DNA from: Lama glama
Lineage: Eukaryota
Assembly: GCA_028534125.1 (NCBI GenBank)
Contig: CM052818.1
Span: 36,334,001 to 36,398,000, forward strand
Direction: 5' to 3'
DNA: 64,000 nt
Shown here piece after piece: positions 1 to 11,427 of this stretch. The position numbers and the translations under genes are program-made. The number at the start of each line of letters is the position of its first letter. The first letter of the stretch is position 1. Under the pieces are notes generated by a model that saw only the letters and a program-made list of their open reading frames with translations, was not told where the DNA came from and searched no databases.

Positions 1-51
1 TTATTCTCTACTTCAATACTCTTTGCTTTAGAAACAATTTTTGGTGTGGCA
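1..51 (-). CDS. UBXN2A: UBXN2A coding exon 5 (partial, continues beyond window start)
   Basis: Minus-strand AG acceptor at 53-52. Reads (S)ATPKIVSKAKSIEVEN, in phase with the previous exon and matching UBXN2A as I recall it. Confidence 0.93.
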
Positions 52-1125
52 CTAAGAAAATCCAGACAACAAAGACAGATATATGTTTTTCATTAAGCAG
101 AACTTCACCATTAAATAATTACTAAAAAACCTTTACACTAAGTATAGTTTTAGGAAGGTTTCAGCCAGTCACAGCTGTTCCCTCAATAACACATTAAGAT
201 ATTAATATCAGTTATACCGACCATACACGATGATTATAGGAATCTAATGAAATACGCACATCCAAGTAATTTGTAAGCTTGTGGAGCGTTACGTAAATAC
301 ACTGTTAGCAGTATTTGAAGAGTGCCTTACAGAAAAGAGAATTTTACAGTGTTGACAGATCTATAAACTTTACCTTTACCTACTCCTCAGGTTAAAATTT
401 CTAAAAAATTTTAAGTTCTCTGTAGAGAACAGTGTTTGGGTTATAAAGGAAAAGAAAGGAAACGAAGTATTTCTTCATCATTCTGGCAGTCACATTTGGG
501 TATTTTTATATGGGTAGATGAATACGTATACATATATTTTACCAATCTTGATAATTAATATACGGAAATTCATTTTTAAAAAGCAGTCTTATACCTAACC
601 TCTTTGCATTTTCTGTCATAGGCATAATTAGGTAAGACGAAGACTGCAAAGTCTGAAAATAAAAAAGCTTTGATACTAACTTTATCAGGTATTTTTTCAT
701 TCTTATTACCTCAAAATTCAGATACTGGTCAAGAACACAATGTTGAAGGCATTGGTAACTATAATATAGAACTCCACATTCAAAAGCTACTCTATAACAT
801 TAATGGCAATGATCAAGTGGTGGATACAAGGAAGAAAAAATGATTTATCCACCCAAATTTGCTGAATGTCTTCAATAAGCCAGGCCCTTCTGATACGATA
901 AAACAAAAAAAGGCTTCATGATTTTTTAGTGTAGTGCCAATATATGTTAATATAACAAGGTGAATATGACTTAGAAGTTCTCATAAAAGTTAACATGAAA
1001 AATCTCATTTCCAGTGAAGAGAAATGATAAACTCTATATATGTGGTCTACGTGGTAAAAATAATGACAGGCTGAATATCTGTCAAAACTCTGCTTATGGC
1101 AAGCACAGCGCAAGAGACTACTCAC

Positions 1126-1263
1126 CTTCCCAGTCTGTGACCCTGTCCTGAGAAGGGCTGGAACACAGGCTTCGTTGACATACATACTTCATTTTTCTTA
1201 TCTTCAACTTCAACATCCACCTCCTCTTTATCAAAGACTCCCTGTAATTCTAAAGGTAATTCC
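1126..1263 (-). CDS. UBXN2A: UBXN2A coding exon 4 (138 nt), SEP domain C-terminal part and SHP-box-like FSGQGHRLG
   Basis: AG at 1265-1264, donor GTGAG at 1125-1121. Encodes (G)ELPLELQGVFDKEEVDVEVEDKKNEVCMSTKPVFQPFSGQGHRLG(S). Confidence 0.96.
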
Positions 1264-2757
1264 CTTGGAAAGTAAAGAAACAAAGTGATAAAGATCCTAA
1301 TATGTTTTTTCTTTCTCTGAAAAACATTCTGTATGTAGAAATATATAGACGTTAAGAGGCATATAAAAACTAAATGTATTTAAAATAATATAATTAGATA
1401 ACATGAATAATTAGAAGAACAATACAGAGTAATTTTTAAGACTACAAATTCACAAACAACTTAAGTTATTCAATGGTACCTAGAACACTAACATAATGAA
1501 ATATTTGATGACTACACACTGCTAAACTTAAACAATTTGATCATTTCTATAGATGTCTAAATAGGACTAAAAATTTGCTAGAAAAATCAAGCTCTTATTT
1601 CATTTTTAAAGCGAAAATATAATTTAATCCAGAAATGACAAAACAAAAAAACAAAACATGATAGAATTTTAAAAATGTTTTCACATTTCATCCACCTAAC
1701 AGAGATAGAGAAAGTGACATAGTTGGGACTGTCACTCAGTCTGAGGCTTTGTCTACTATACCACAGATGCCTCTCTTCTGAACAACATAAACTTTAGATA
1801 AGCAGGGACCATGTATGTTTTACTCATAAACATATTCAAATATTGAGTACAGTGTCTGGTACAGAGCAGGACTTAGACAGATACCTTTTGAATCTTATAA
1901 TCTTTTAAATGTAGGGTCTTTTCTAAGGAGCAGTTGAAAGTTTATAATGTTACACTTGATAGATAAGTAATGAACTTCCATGGGGAAATTTTTTAACAAT
2001 TATAAATTTTAACAAACTTTCATAAAATAATTGACTTTCTTCCTGGTAACAGAAATGATACCAATTAATTTAGTATATTCTTATGATTTGTGAACTTTTC
2101 TGTATATGTCATCCTCCAAAATTTTTATTTAAGAGTAAGTAATACATGCTTCTAAAAAAAGACACAAAAAATGTAAACACATTGTCAATTCAGAAAGTGA
2201 CAGTCCAAAAAAAAAAAAAGTGACAGTCCTTATAATTTCATTCTCATGCTAATAAAAACTTTCGGTTGTGTCTCCTATATTTTCTCTGTATATATAGTAA
2301 AATTCGACATAATTATTCTATTTTTCCCAATGATGGTATCATTCTACACACACTATTCTGTATTTTGGAAACTGCTTTTTCTTCTTTTTCTTTTAAAGCA
2401 ATATACTATAGAAATCTCAAGTTAGTATATGGATACATGCCATTTATTTTTACCACATGCACACTATTATTTTGTTATAAAGTAGATCAACTGGCAAAAA
2501 CACATCAAATATTCTTTCCTTCTCTTTCTTACTGATTTGTAAGAACTGTGTATATATTCCATTTATAGGCTATATGTGCAACAAGTATTCCTAGTTTGGT
2601 ATTTGTCTTTTGCCTGTACATAGTGTCTTTTGGCTTATAAGTTTTTAATATTTACATAATCAAATTTATCCATCTTTCTTATATTGCTTCCAGGATTCAG
2701 GCCAACTATAGCTATATGCAACAACATGGATGAATAGCCTAAAGAAGTAAGCTGAAT

Positions 2758-3550
2758 AGAAGGATCTGAATAGACATTTCTTCAAAGAAGATATACACGT
2801 GACCAATAAGAACACGAAAAAATGCTCAACATTACCGGTCATTAGAGAAATGCAAATCAAAACCACAATGAGATACCACTTCCTATTTACTAGAATAGTT
2901 ATAATTAAAAAAAAAAAGACACTAATAAGTGTTGGTAAGGATATGGAGAAACTGGAATGCTCACATCATTAGTAGGAGTATAAAATGGTGCAGTCACTTT
3001 GGAATATAGATTGGTAGTTCTTCATAACAGAGTTAACAACAATTAAGCCCCTAGACATGAGAAAATTGAAAACATATGTCCACACAAAAACTTGTGTAAG
3101 AATGTTCATAGCAACATTATTCGTAATAGCCAAGATGTGGAAATGACTCATACATCTCTCCACTGATGAATGTGGTATATCCATACAATGCCACATCTGG
3201 CAATAACAAGGAATGAAAAAAACTTAAAAGCTGTAATATGGATGAACTGTGAAAACATTACACTGAGTAATGAGAAAGAAGTCAAGACACAAAACGATTC
3301 CATTTACATGCAATGTCCAAAATAAGTAAATTCATAGAGATAGAAAATAGATTGTTGTTGTGTAGGGCTGTGAGAAGGGGGAATGGAAAGTGATTACAAG
3401 TATAAGATTTCTCTTTAGGGTGATGAAAATGTTCTGGAATTCATAGTGCTGATGGTCGCATACTGTGAATATACTAAAAAATAATGGATTGTATACTTTA
3501 AAGGGATAAATTTTATAGCAGGCTGATTATATCTCAATAAAGCTGTTATT
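2758..3550 (+). mobile_element. Old L1M (L1MB-like) ORF2 end and 3' UTR
   Basis: gaaatgcaaatcaaaaccacaatgagataccac, aatgttcatagcaacattattcgtaatagcc, and a tatctcaataaagctg end. Confidence 0.85.
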
Positions 3551-3803
3551 TTAAAAAATATTTAAATACAAGGATAGTTAACAGATTTTTTTATAGTGGG
3601 AGACAAGAAATAATCTAACTGTCAACCACTAAGAGTCTATATAAAAATTATAGGTCATCGCTATGATAAAAGAATATGCAGATGTATTGAAATATTTCAG
3701 GATAAAGTCAAAATTTAAAAAATATATATACATATATGCACATTATATATGAATCCATGCGCAGAAAATGCCAAAATGAAATTCAACAAAAAAGTTAATG
3801 GCA

Positions 3804-3858
3804 GGGGGTGGGTATAGCTCAGTGGTAGACTGCATGCTTAGCATGCATGAAGTTATAG
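3804..3858 (+). mobile_element. 3'-truncated (tailless) tRNA-Ala-derived camelid SINE
   Basis: GGGGGTGGGTATAGCTCAGTGGTAGACTGCATGCTTAGCATGCATGA head with no tail; direct repeat gttaatggca at 3794-3803 and 3859-3868. Confidence 0.8.
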
Positions 3859-4313
3859 GTTAATGGCAATAATACTTTTGGGTAATGAAATTATAGGTGA
3901 TTTTCAGGTTCTTAATACTTAAAAAATTTTCTAGACCACGTACATATAACACGTAAAATCCTAAGTATGTAACAGAAACACTACAGGGCAATAGAAGTCA
4001 CAATTCAATAACTATAAAGTTATTCAAACATAAGCATTAAGTAACTAGGATGTGACGTAGTATTAAGTAACACTTGGTATTAAATAACACTTGGCAAAGT
4101 GAATTAGTTTAAGTCAGATTTTGGTTGATCAGAATTCAAATCCCTAACCTTTCAAAGACAGCTGTGGCTCTCTTAACAAAATCCATCTTATGAAAATCTG
4201 AATTTATAAAATAGAAAGTATCTGTGAATGCATAGGGATGTGTGAACAACATTAAACACTAATCTTCCAAATGAAACATATCTAATATCCTTCTGTTTAC
4301 AAAGATCGCTTAC

Positions 4314-4420
4314 CCTTTTTTGATGGAGTTCAGAAACTGCTGACTTGCACCATCAGAATAACTTCTGAAATCATCATTGACTGTGAATCCATTTTTCCAT
4401 AATTTTATACTTACATCTAC
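4314..4420 (-). CDS. UBXN2A: UBXN2A coding exon 3 (107 nt), SEP domain start
   Basis: CAG acceptor (AG at 4422-4421), donor GTAAG at 4313-4309. Encodes VDVSIKLWKNGFTVNDDFRSYSDGASQQFLNSIKK(G); LWKNGF is the SEP-domain signature of the p47/UBXN2 family. Confidence 0.96.
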
Positions 4421-5299
4421 CTGCAAAGCAGTAAGAAACAAAATGCATGAAGTTAATAAAAAGTACTAGTAGATTATAAGTCCTTTGAAAATTTCTTCTA
4501 TCAGTGTAAATTTTATATATCTTTTTTTTAAAAATTGAGATGAGACATAACATTGTATTAATTTTAGGTGTACGACATGATGATTTGATACATGTATATA
4601 TTGCAAAGTGATTATTAGAATAAATTTGGTTAACATCCATTACCACACACAGCTACAAATTTTTAAAAATGTATCATTCTTAAGTATAAACTTCAAACGT
4701 AAAATATCAAAAATTATAATGTATATACATAATATGGTTCATAATAAACGTTTTAAAATAAATCATTAATAGTTTTAAGATAACACATTTCCAGAAATAT
4801 TATGTGTCTTGCCTCAGAGGACACTAAAACTTTTGGCTCAGAACAGACTTCTCAACAGTTAGAGAAGGACTTTGAACAGAAGGGGAAAAAAAAACCCTGA
4901 GTGATTAATTAATGGCTTTTCCTTCAAATATAAAATATCAGTGCTACTGTTATCATCAACATTTCATCTCTCAACATCTTGTTGATTAGCTCTTATGAAC
5001 TACTACTCACTCATTCAAAGTCACTGTATAAATCTAGAAAGGTTCAGAAATACAGTACAATGCAGGGATGCTTCAGGCTGAACACAGAAGGACTAATTTA
5101 AAACTGTCTAAGAGGATATCAGACCATTACAGCCCCTCTCTTGTCTCTAGCATTTATTCAATCATTTATTCAATCAACACATGTCTATTTTGTCTCATAC
5201 ATAACACACTTCATTAATATGTTAGGGAAAACAATCATAATAATGATAGGATATATTATTAGCCTGCCTACCTAATTTACCCATCTATCTGAGAGACCA

Positions 5300-5510
5300 C
5301 TCAGTATGTACCAAACACTGTTTAAAGCACTTTTCTCATATAAATTTATTTAATCCTTCAAAAATCACACAAAATGGTATTATTATCCTTTTTATAGATG
5401 GGGAAATAGAAACACAGAAGATTAATTAAACTGCTCAATGTCACACAGTCAGTAAGGGTAGAGCCAGGGGCCAGAATCCATATTCTTAACCACTATACTA
5501 TATTGCCCAT
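5300..5510 (-). mobile_element. MIR; further MIR/L2 remnants near 8110-8280, 8840-9070, 18840-19680, 21760-22560, 36470-37230 and 48170-48340
   Basis: attatcctttttatagatggggaaatagaaacacagaag...gtcacacag core of MIR. Confidence 0.7.
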
Positions 5511-5789
5511 TTTTATCTATAACCAAACTGCCAAGACCCTGCTCTCTTAGTACTCACATAGAAGACAGAGAACAAAACAAATAGGAGAAGAGACATAAAC
5601 ATAAAGACACTGAGGAGAGTAGAAGAATTTTAAAAACAAAAATCCAAAAATGATAATTAATACACATAAGAGAAGATGTTTGAAAGGGAGTAGGGAGGGA
5701 ATATTCTAAGCAAAAAAGCTCTTAGCAAATGAAAATGGAAATTGAATTTAATAAAAAAAAAAGTCTAGAATCTGAATGTGGAATCTGAA

Positions 5790-6616
5790 ACTTAATTATC
5801 TTTTTGTACATCTGTTATAATCCTTGTGACACTTGTTTTTTAATTCATGCATCATTTTATAACATCACGTATTGATCATATGGAAAATACTGGCTCAGTG
5901 ATTTATGTGAATCTTCTAGATGTTGATATATTTCATTATATGATATAGATAAAAAAGACACATTTATTAACATGACAATGATCCCATCAGAAAAATCTTT
6001 TAAGTTCTGGGAAGCACTCAGGTACATGATGACAGTTTATCAAAATTCTTATTTTCACTTAAAAAAGTCAATAAAATCAAATCATTTGCAATAAATATTG
6101 TAAGTTATTTTCCTTGAAGTGCCACTCACTTCATACATATTGAGAAAACGTCTGCTGAATATCCAAGTCTGAATAATCAGTTGTCTATAAATCACTTTCA
6201 CATAAAAACAGTACACCGTGAAGAAGCAGGTTGTTCATCTTGCCTCTCAAGAAACTGTACTTTTCCTTAAGATCCTTACATACATTGCAGAAATGCTTTA
6301 TGTATAGTTCACATTTTGTCAGACAGTATTTGGAAGATGGGTACTGAAGAGCTGGGATTTAATAAGATTTGTAAGTCTTACTGGTTCATCAAGGACATTC
6401 TTAATTGAAACCAGTGTTTTTCCCCTCTACAAGTATAAGGAAAGAATGTAGTAATTACTGGTACAGTTTGGTGCTACTGGCCTCCGAAGGGGCCAGTTTA
6501 ACCTGTCATTGCTTTTGCAGTATCAGTGAAAATTCAACACAGTGAAAGATATAAATAATATCTATTATTATTAAAACAGTTTTGACCTCTGAAGGTCCGT
6601 ATTTTGAGAAATACTG
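5790..6616. mobile_element. Charlie1-like hAT DNA transposon remnant ending about 28 bp from the donor of UBXN2A coding exon 2
   Basis: catcagaaaaatcttttaagttctgggaagc and terminal tttgagaaatactg resemble Charlie1 sequence and its TIR. Confidence 0.65.
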
Positions 6617-6643
6617 GGAGAGAAAAAAGTTACGGACACTTAC

Positions 6644-6782
6644 CTGTTTCTTTTGTTCAGTTGGGGTCAAACATTTGGCACCAACCTTCTGAGCTTCCTC
6701 AAAAAGACTGTCAACAAAATATTCACAATTTGTCTGTCGATTATCACTAAGAGGCTGGTGGTCAGATCCTGTTTCACAAACC
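6644..6782 (-). CDS. UBXN2A: UBXN2A coding exon 2 (139 nt)
   Basis: TAG acceptor (AG at 6784-6783), donor CAG|GTAAGT at 6643. Encodes (W)VCETGSDHQPLSDNRQTNCEYFVDSLFEEAQKVGAKCLTPTEQKKQ; cumulative CDS is 180 nt. Confidence 0.96.
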
Positions 6783-6960
6783 CTACAAACAAAAAAGAAA
6801 ACAAGCAGTAGTGGTCACACACTCTCTAAAAATTTACATAAATTGTTCTAGTTAATGGATCTTGAACTGACATGCTACCTCCATATCCCCAGCTAAGACT
6901 CTTCTAAGTTAAGATAGTAGATATGGGGCCTTGGGAAGTCAATAAACCTTTTGGTCTAGA

Positions 6961-7195
6961 GAGGGTTTTCTCAACTTTAGTCTGTTGACATGTGGAGAAG
7001 GATACTTCTTTGTTGTGCAGGCTGTCCTGTACACTGTAGGAAATTTAGCAGCTTTTGTGGCCTTTACCTACTAGATGTCAGAAGCTTGCATATCCTCCTA
7101 CCCCTCAGTGTTATAACAATAAAAAACACCTCTATACATTGCCAGATGGCCTCTGGCGGGGGAGGCAAAAATCTCACCGGGCTGAAAACGACTTG
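6961..7195 (-). mobile_element. MER20 (hAT-Charlie MITE)
   Basis: ctttgttgtgcaggctgtcctgtacactgtagg...cctactagatgtcag...acattgccagatgg matches the MER20 reverse strand. Confidence 0.75.
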
Positions 7196-7461
7196 CCCAG
7201 AGTTTAAAAAAAAAAAGCGCTCTTTGTAAAGGTCTCAAAATGGCTTCTTTTAAAAGGGGTTACTATGTACTTTTTGGTAACAAAGCACTCTTGAAACTAA
7301 AGGTGATAACATGTCAGGAACAGTCATCATAGTTTTACTCCTTTACACATTTCAGAATGAGATTTCCCACTCAAGATTTTCATTTGTAGTGGTTTAATAC
7401 TCTACTGGGTTTTTCTTTCTTTCTTTCTTTTTAAATTGAGGTATAACTGACATACATTAGT

Positions 7462-7684
7462 AGGAAGGGTATACCTCAGGGGTACAGTGCTTGCTTAGCA
7501 TGCATGAGGTCCTGGGTTCAATCCCCAGTACCTCCATTGAAAAAAAAAAAAAAAAAGAAAGGAAGAACAATGGCTATAATTAACTAAACACATTGAATAA
7601 AATAAAGATCCATGAATCTAATGATACTCCAAGGGAAAAAATATAATTGGTGAGCAGGGTACTTTAAAAAAAAAAAAAGAGAGA
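7462..7684 (+). mobile_element. Camelid tRNA-Ala SINE plus about 105 bp of extra 3' sequence and a second A tail
   Basis: SINE body about 7462-7540, then an A run, an extra segment, and an A run at 7666-7678. TSD gacata(ca/tg)ttagt at 7449-7461 and 7685-7697. Confidence 0.78.
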
Positions 7685-8394
7685 GACATATGTTAGTTTC
7701 AGATACATAATAATGATTCAATATTTGTATATATTGCAAAAAGATCACCACACAGTAATTCTGGTTAAAAGTTACCATCTATCACCATACATAGTTACAT
7801 AATTATTTTCCCTTGTGATGAGAATTTTTAAGATTTACTCTCTTTACAACTTTTAAACACTCAATTCAGTAACTATAGTTGCCATGATATACATTACATA
7901 CCCATGACTTTTGACTCCCTTCCTCCCTTTTCCCACTTTCATCTACTGTTTTTCGTGTTTATATTTTGTCATATAAGAAATATTACCTAAGATTTTGTCT
8001 GATTAAAAGATGGTTCCTGGCTGATCTTTTCTAAAGTCATATTGAAAATTCATAACGTACTGAGATATAACTTCTCAGATTTCATAAATAATAATCAACA
8101 ATTTTATAGCTCTTACACTGTGTCAGGAACTACAAGGCAGATACTCTTATCCACATTTTACAGATAAGAAAAATGAATCACAAGGTTAAGTTACATGTTA
8201 GAGATTACACAGCTAGTAAGTGGCAGAAACAGAATTCAAACCCTGTTTATCTTCCATGTCTACTCTTAACCATGATACTTTATAAAGCCTCTCTTAATAG
8301 CTATTATTTGTTGAACATTTATTAATACATGTTAGGAACTATTCTAAGTATTTTATATATGTTAAGTCATTCAATCCTCACAATGAACAATGAC

Positions 8395-8580
8395 TGGGTG
8401 AGGACTCTTGGAAGCTTGTGCCTGGTTTCCCCTGGACTTTGTCCCACACATTTTTTTTTTCCCTTTGATGATCTTGCTTTGTATCCTTTCACTGCAGTAA
8501 CTCTTAGTCATTAGCAAGACAACATGCTGAATCCTGTGTATCCTGTGAACAAATCATTACACCTGGAGGTGGTCTCAGAA
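8395..8580 (+). mobile_element. MER21-like LTR 3' fragment
   Basis: gaggactcttggaagcttgtgcctggtttccc...ttgctttgtatcctttcactg resembles MER21 family sequence as I recall it. Confidence 0.65.
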
Positions 8581-9377
8581 TTACAGTTAGTATCAGATGT
8601 TTATATAAAATAAGTACTCTAGTGAGAAAATAACAAAAATATTTGTTCAGCATAGAAAATGTTTACAAAGTATTTGTAAGTATGAAATAAATGCTTATTT
8701 GTCTCCTTAAATGGACTATGAATGAGTCACCTCATCAAGTACTTAAGACAAAGAGCGTAATTAAAAAATAAATATCTCACCTCAAACAAGTGAGAATAAA
8801 GAATTCCATATTAATAATAACCACAGACTTTACATCCACTATTTATTGGGTGCCTGCTATGCGCTAATACTATCCTGAGTGCTTTACATCAGCTATGTAA
8901 TTCTCACAAAAGCCTTTCAGATGCCTCTATATATCTCCATTTTATAGATGAGTTATTGAAGCTCAAATAATCTACCTAAATTGCTCAAAGGCCAGAGAGG
9001 TAGTACAAGACAGAGATGGAATTCAAATCTAGGTTTATCTGACTCCAAAGCCATTATATTTTACTAAGACTCCAAGACAGCATAACAAAAGAGGCTAACA
9101 AAGTAAATAGTTACTTTAATTTCACACTTAAATAACAATGTGAGCAGAGAAAAATTTTACACTTGATATTAATAACAACAACAACAAATAGATTTAGTAA
9201 CTTCACTAAATTCCATTCAAAGCAGCTATGGCAAAAAAAAAAACTTTCAAATAATCACTATTAGGTATTTAACAGATAATCATAATGAAAACTTACTTTA
9301 TCAGTCAGTGAAATGCAGTAAAAATAGACACAGTAACAAAAGCATTAATAACAAAGAAAATTCATAACATAACTTAC

Positions 9378-9418
9378 CATTCTTCTTTTATACTTTCAAG
9401 ATTATCTACTTCTTTCAT
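9378..9418 (-). CDS. UBXN2A: UBXN2A first coding exon (exon spans 9378-9432 with 14 nt of 5' UTR; ATG at 9418)
   Basis: ATG AAA GAA GTA GAT AAT CTT GAA AGT ATA AAA GAA GAA TG gives MKEVDNLESIKEE(W). Acceptor ttttacAG at 9434-9433, donor GTAAG at 9377. Confidence 0.95.
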
Positions 9419-9438
9419 TCTCTTCTGCCTTACTGTAA

Positions 9439-9440
<2 letters not shown>

Positions 9441-9468
<28 letters not shown>
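9441..9468. repeat. (GTAA)7 microsatellite
   Basis: Read directly; abuts the UBXN2A acceptor at 9433-9434. Confidence 0.95.
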
Positions 9469-9469
<1 letters not shown>

Positions 9470-9500
9470 TAAATAAAAGCTAACGTCCTTAATATAGTAT

Positions 9501-9724
9501 ATATTTTAGTAATTTTTTATTGAAGTAGTCAGTTACAATGTGTCAATTTCTGGTGTACAGGACAAAGTATATACATACATATATTCCTTTTCATACTCCT
9601 TTTCATTAAAGGTTATTACAAGATATAGAATATAGTTCCCTGCGGTATATAAAAGAAACTTGTTTTTTTTTTATCTATTTTTATTCATAATGGCTAATAT
9701 TTGCAAATCTCAAACTCTCAAATT
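9501..9724 (-). mobile_element. Lineage-specific L1 3' end about 70 nt upstream of the acceptor of the UBXN2A ATG exon
   Basis: tttttattgaagtagtcagttacaatgtgtcaatttctggtgtacag 3' UTR; perfect 12-bp TSD ttaatatagtat at 9489-9500 and 9725-9736. Confidence 0.8.
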
Positions 9725-10776
9725 TTAATATAGTATTCTAAATAAATTCATTCCAATGGATGCATTAATACTCTTTAAACATTAAGTTATTATACAGCCC
9801 TAAAGTAGCTTAAAGGGTTCTTAAGAACAAGTGATCAGACTCAAAGCTGTCACTTTCATCTATAAAGCAATAATAAAAAGTAAATTTTGGTTTTGGACAA
9901 TCTTCTGACAGAAGAAAGATTTTGTAAAAGTTATGATTAAAAAAATTATAATGTAGCTTTTGGTTTAATAACAAAAAAAGTGAATGAAAGCACTTCACTC
10001 AATCTCTAATAGTAACAAAATATCAAATCAATATAAACTCATCCTTACAATTCCCCTGGAAAGCAAACCCACCAGATGTATTTACATGTTGTACAAATAT
10101 TCGTATTTTTTGATCTTGATCTTCCACATTTCTCAAAACTTAAAAGAACAACAAAGTAAGCTATACACATAAGATGTCAACCACAGCTGTTATTTGTTAG
10201 CAAGAACTGAAAGTAAAGTAAATGGTCATGGTGTAGCTGTTTGATGGGATAATATGTACCTGTTAAAAATAATTATGATGCTGTTTATGTGGCCAAATAT
10301 AAAAAGATATCACAAAAGTGAAAATACAAGAAACAAAATTATTCATTAACTAGGAATGCAACAGAATGTATACAAGAAAATAGAGAAGAACAAAGGTGAA
10401 AATAATTGTTGGGGGTAATAAAATTACGGATTATTTTCTCTCTTTCCCAAACTTAATGCAACACTGTTTTGCCTCTATAACAAAAATAATGTAAGAAATT
10501 AGCAAACAAATCAATGTTTAAAATAGTCCAAGTCATCTGCCCACTGAGAAGTCCTGGAAGCAATGACATACTAGAAGCAATAAGCATACCAAGTGCAGAC
10601 ATCTTGGTTTCTAAGTACAATTTTCCTAAAAAAAAGGAATCATGGCTCCTTAGAGAATAGGCTGATTCCAGGGCTGGGGCACAGAAAGAACAAATGAGTT
10701 GGAAATTACTTCTTGCTCCGCAAATGTAAGATGGTACTCAGTGAATGATGAAGACATATCAAAAGGATACAGAAGT

Positions 10777-11427
10777 TGCGATAAAGTCGTGGGAAGCGAG
10801 CACAAGAACTGTATGGTACGTCTCAAGGCTGCTGTGGACCCTTCCCCAAACCAGGGGAAGGCAGTGCCCTGCGCCATCTTTGCATAGCTGCCAGCGTGCA
10901 GGGCCCTGATTCTAGAAGGTGGGTCCACAGCACCACAAAGGAGTTTAAGATATCCATGTCCACCAGTGTGTTATCCTTGAATAAAGCATGAGCTTTGGAA
11001 GCCCAGACAGGGGCAGTGCCCCTTCGCATAGACTCAGGGCTAGCCTGGTGACTGAAGGACTTAAGGTTTGGAATTCTCTTGGGGAAGTTATGTTGGGATG
11101 GCTGGGATGCCTACGTAATGCTTCCTGCCACTTCAACAGCAGGCTGTGACATGAAGTGAAGAGCCACATGCCTTCTACCTGGGTACTATGGATTTTGCTG
11201 ATACAAAGGATGTCCCATATCTGGTGTTGAAGAGACCTTAAAAACTTCACATCTTTCCTGCATTAACCTGTGTGAGAAGCTGTCAACTTACTGGAGGAGG
11301 GGAAACTGCCTAGAAATTTGGGGGCACTTAAATATCAATTAGACAGCCTTTAGTTTGTCTTTAGTATATACTTTATCAAAAGGATTTCAATAAAATATTT
11401 TAAAGCCAAGAAAAAAGAAAAAAAAAA
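10777..11427 (+). pseudogene. Processed (retrotransposed) copy of a spliced transcript, most likely SNHG32 (C6orf48/G8), antisense within UBXN2A intron 1
   Basis: About 650 bp GC-richer insert ending in AATAAA (11389-11394) and an A tail (11408-11427). Flanked by a diverged direct repeat (aaaaggatacagaagt 10761-10776 / aaaaagacactgaagc 11423-11438) inside an old L1. Degenerate translation resembles the C6orf48 G8 peptide as recalled from memory. Confidence 0.78.

Noticed and set aside
10741..10760. ATGATGA box-C-like motif next to the SNHG32-like retrocopy, suggesting a snoRNA
   Set aside because: It lies in the host L1 sequence outside the TSD, and no paired box D or terminal stem is evident.
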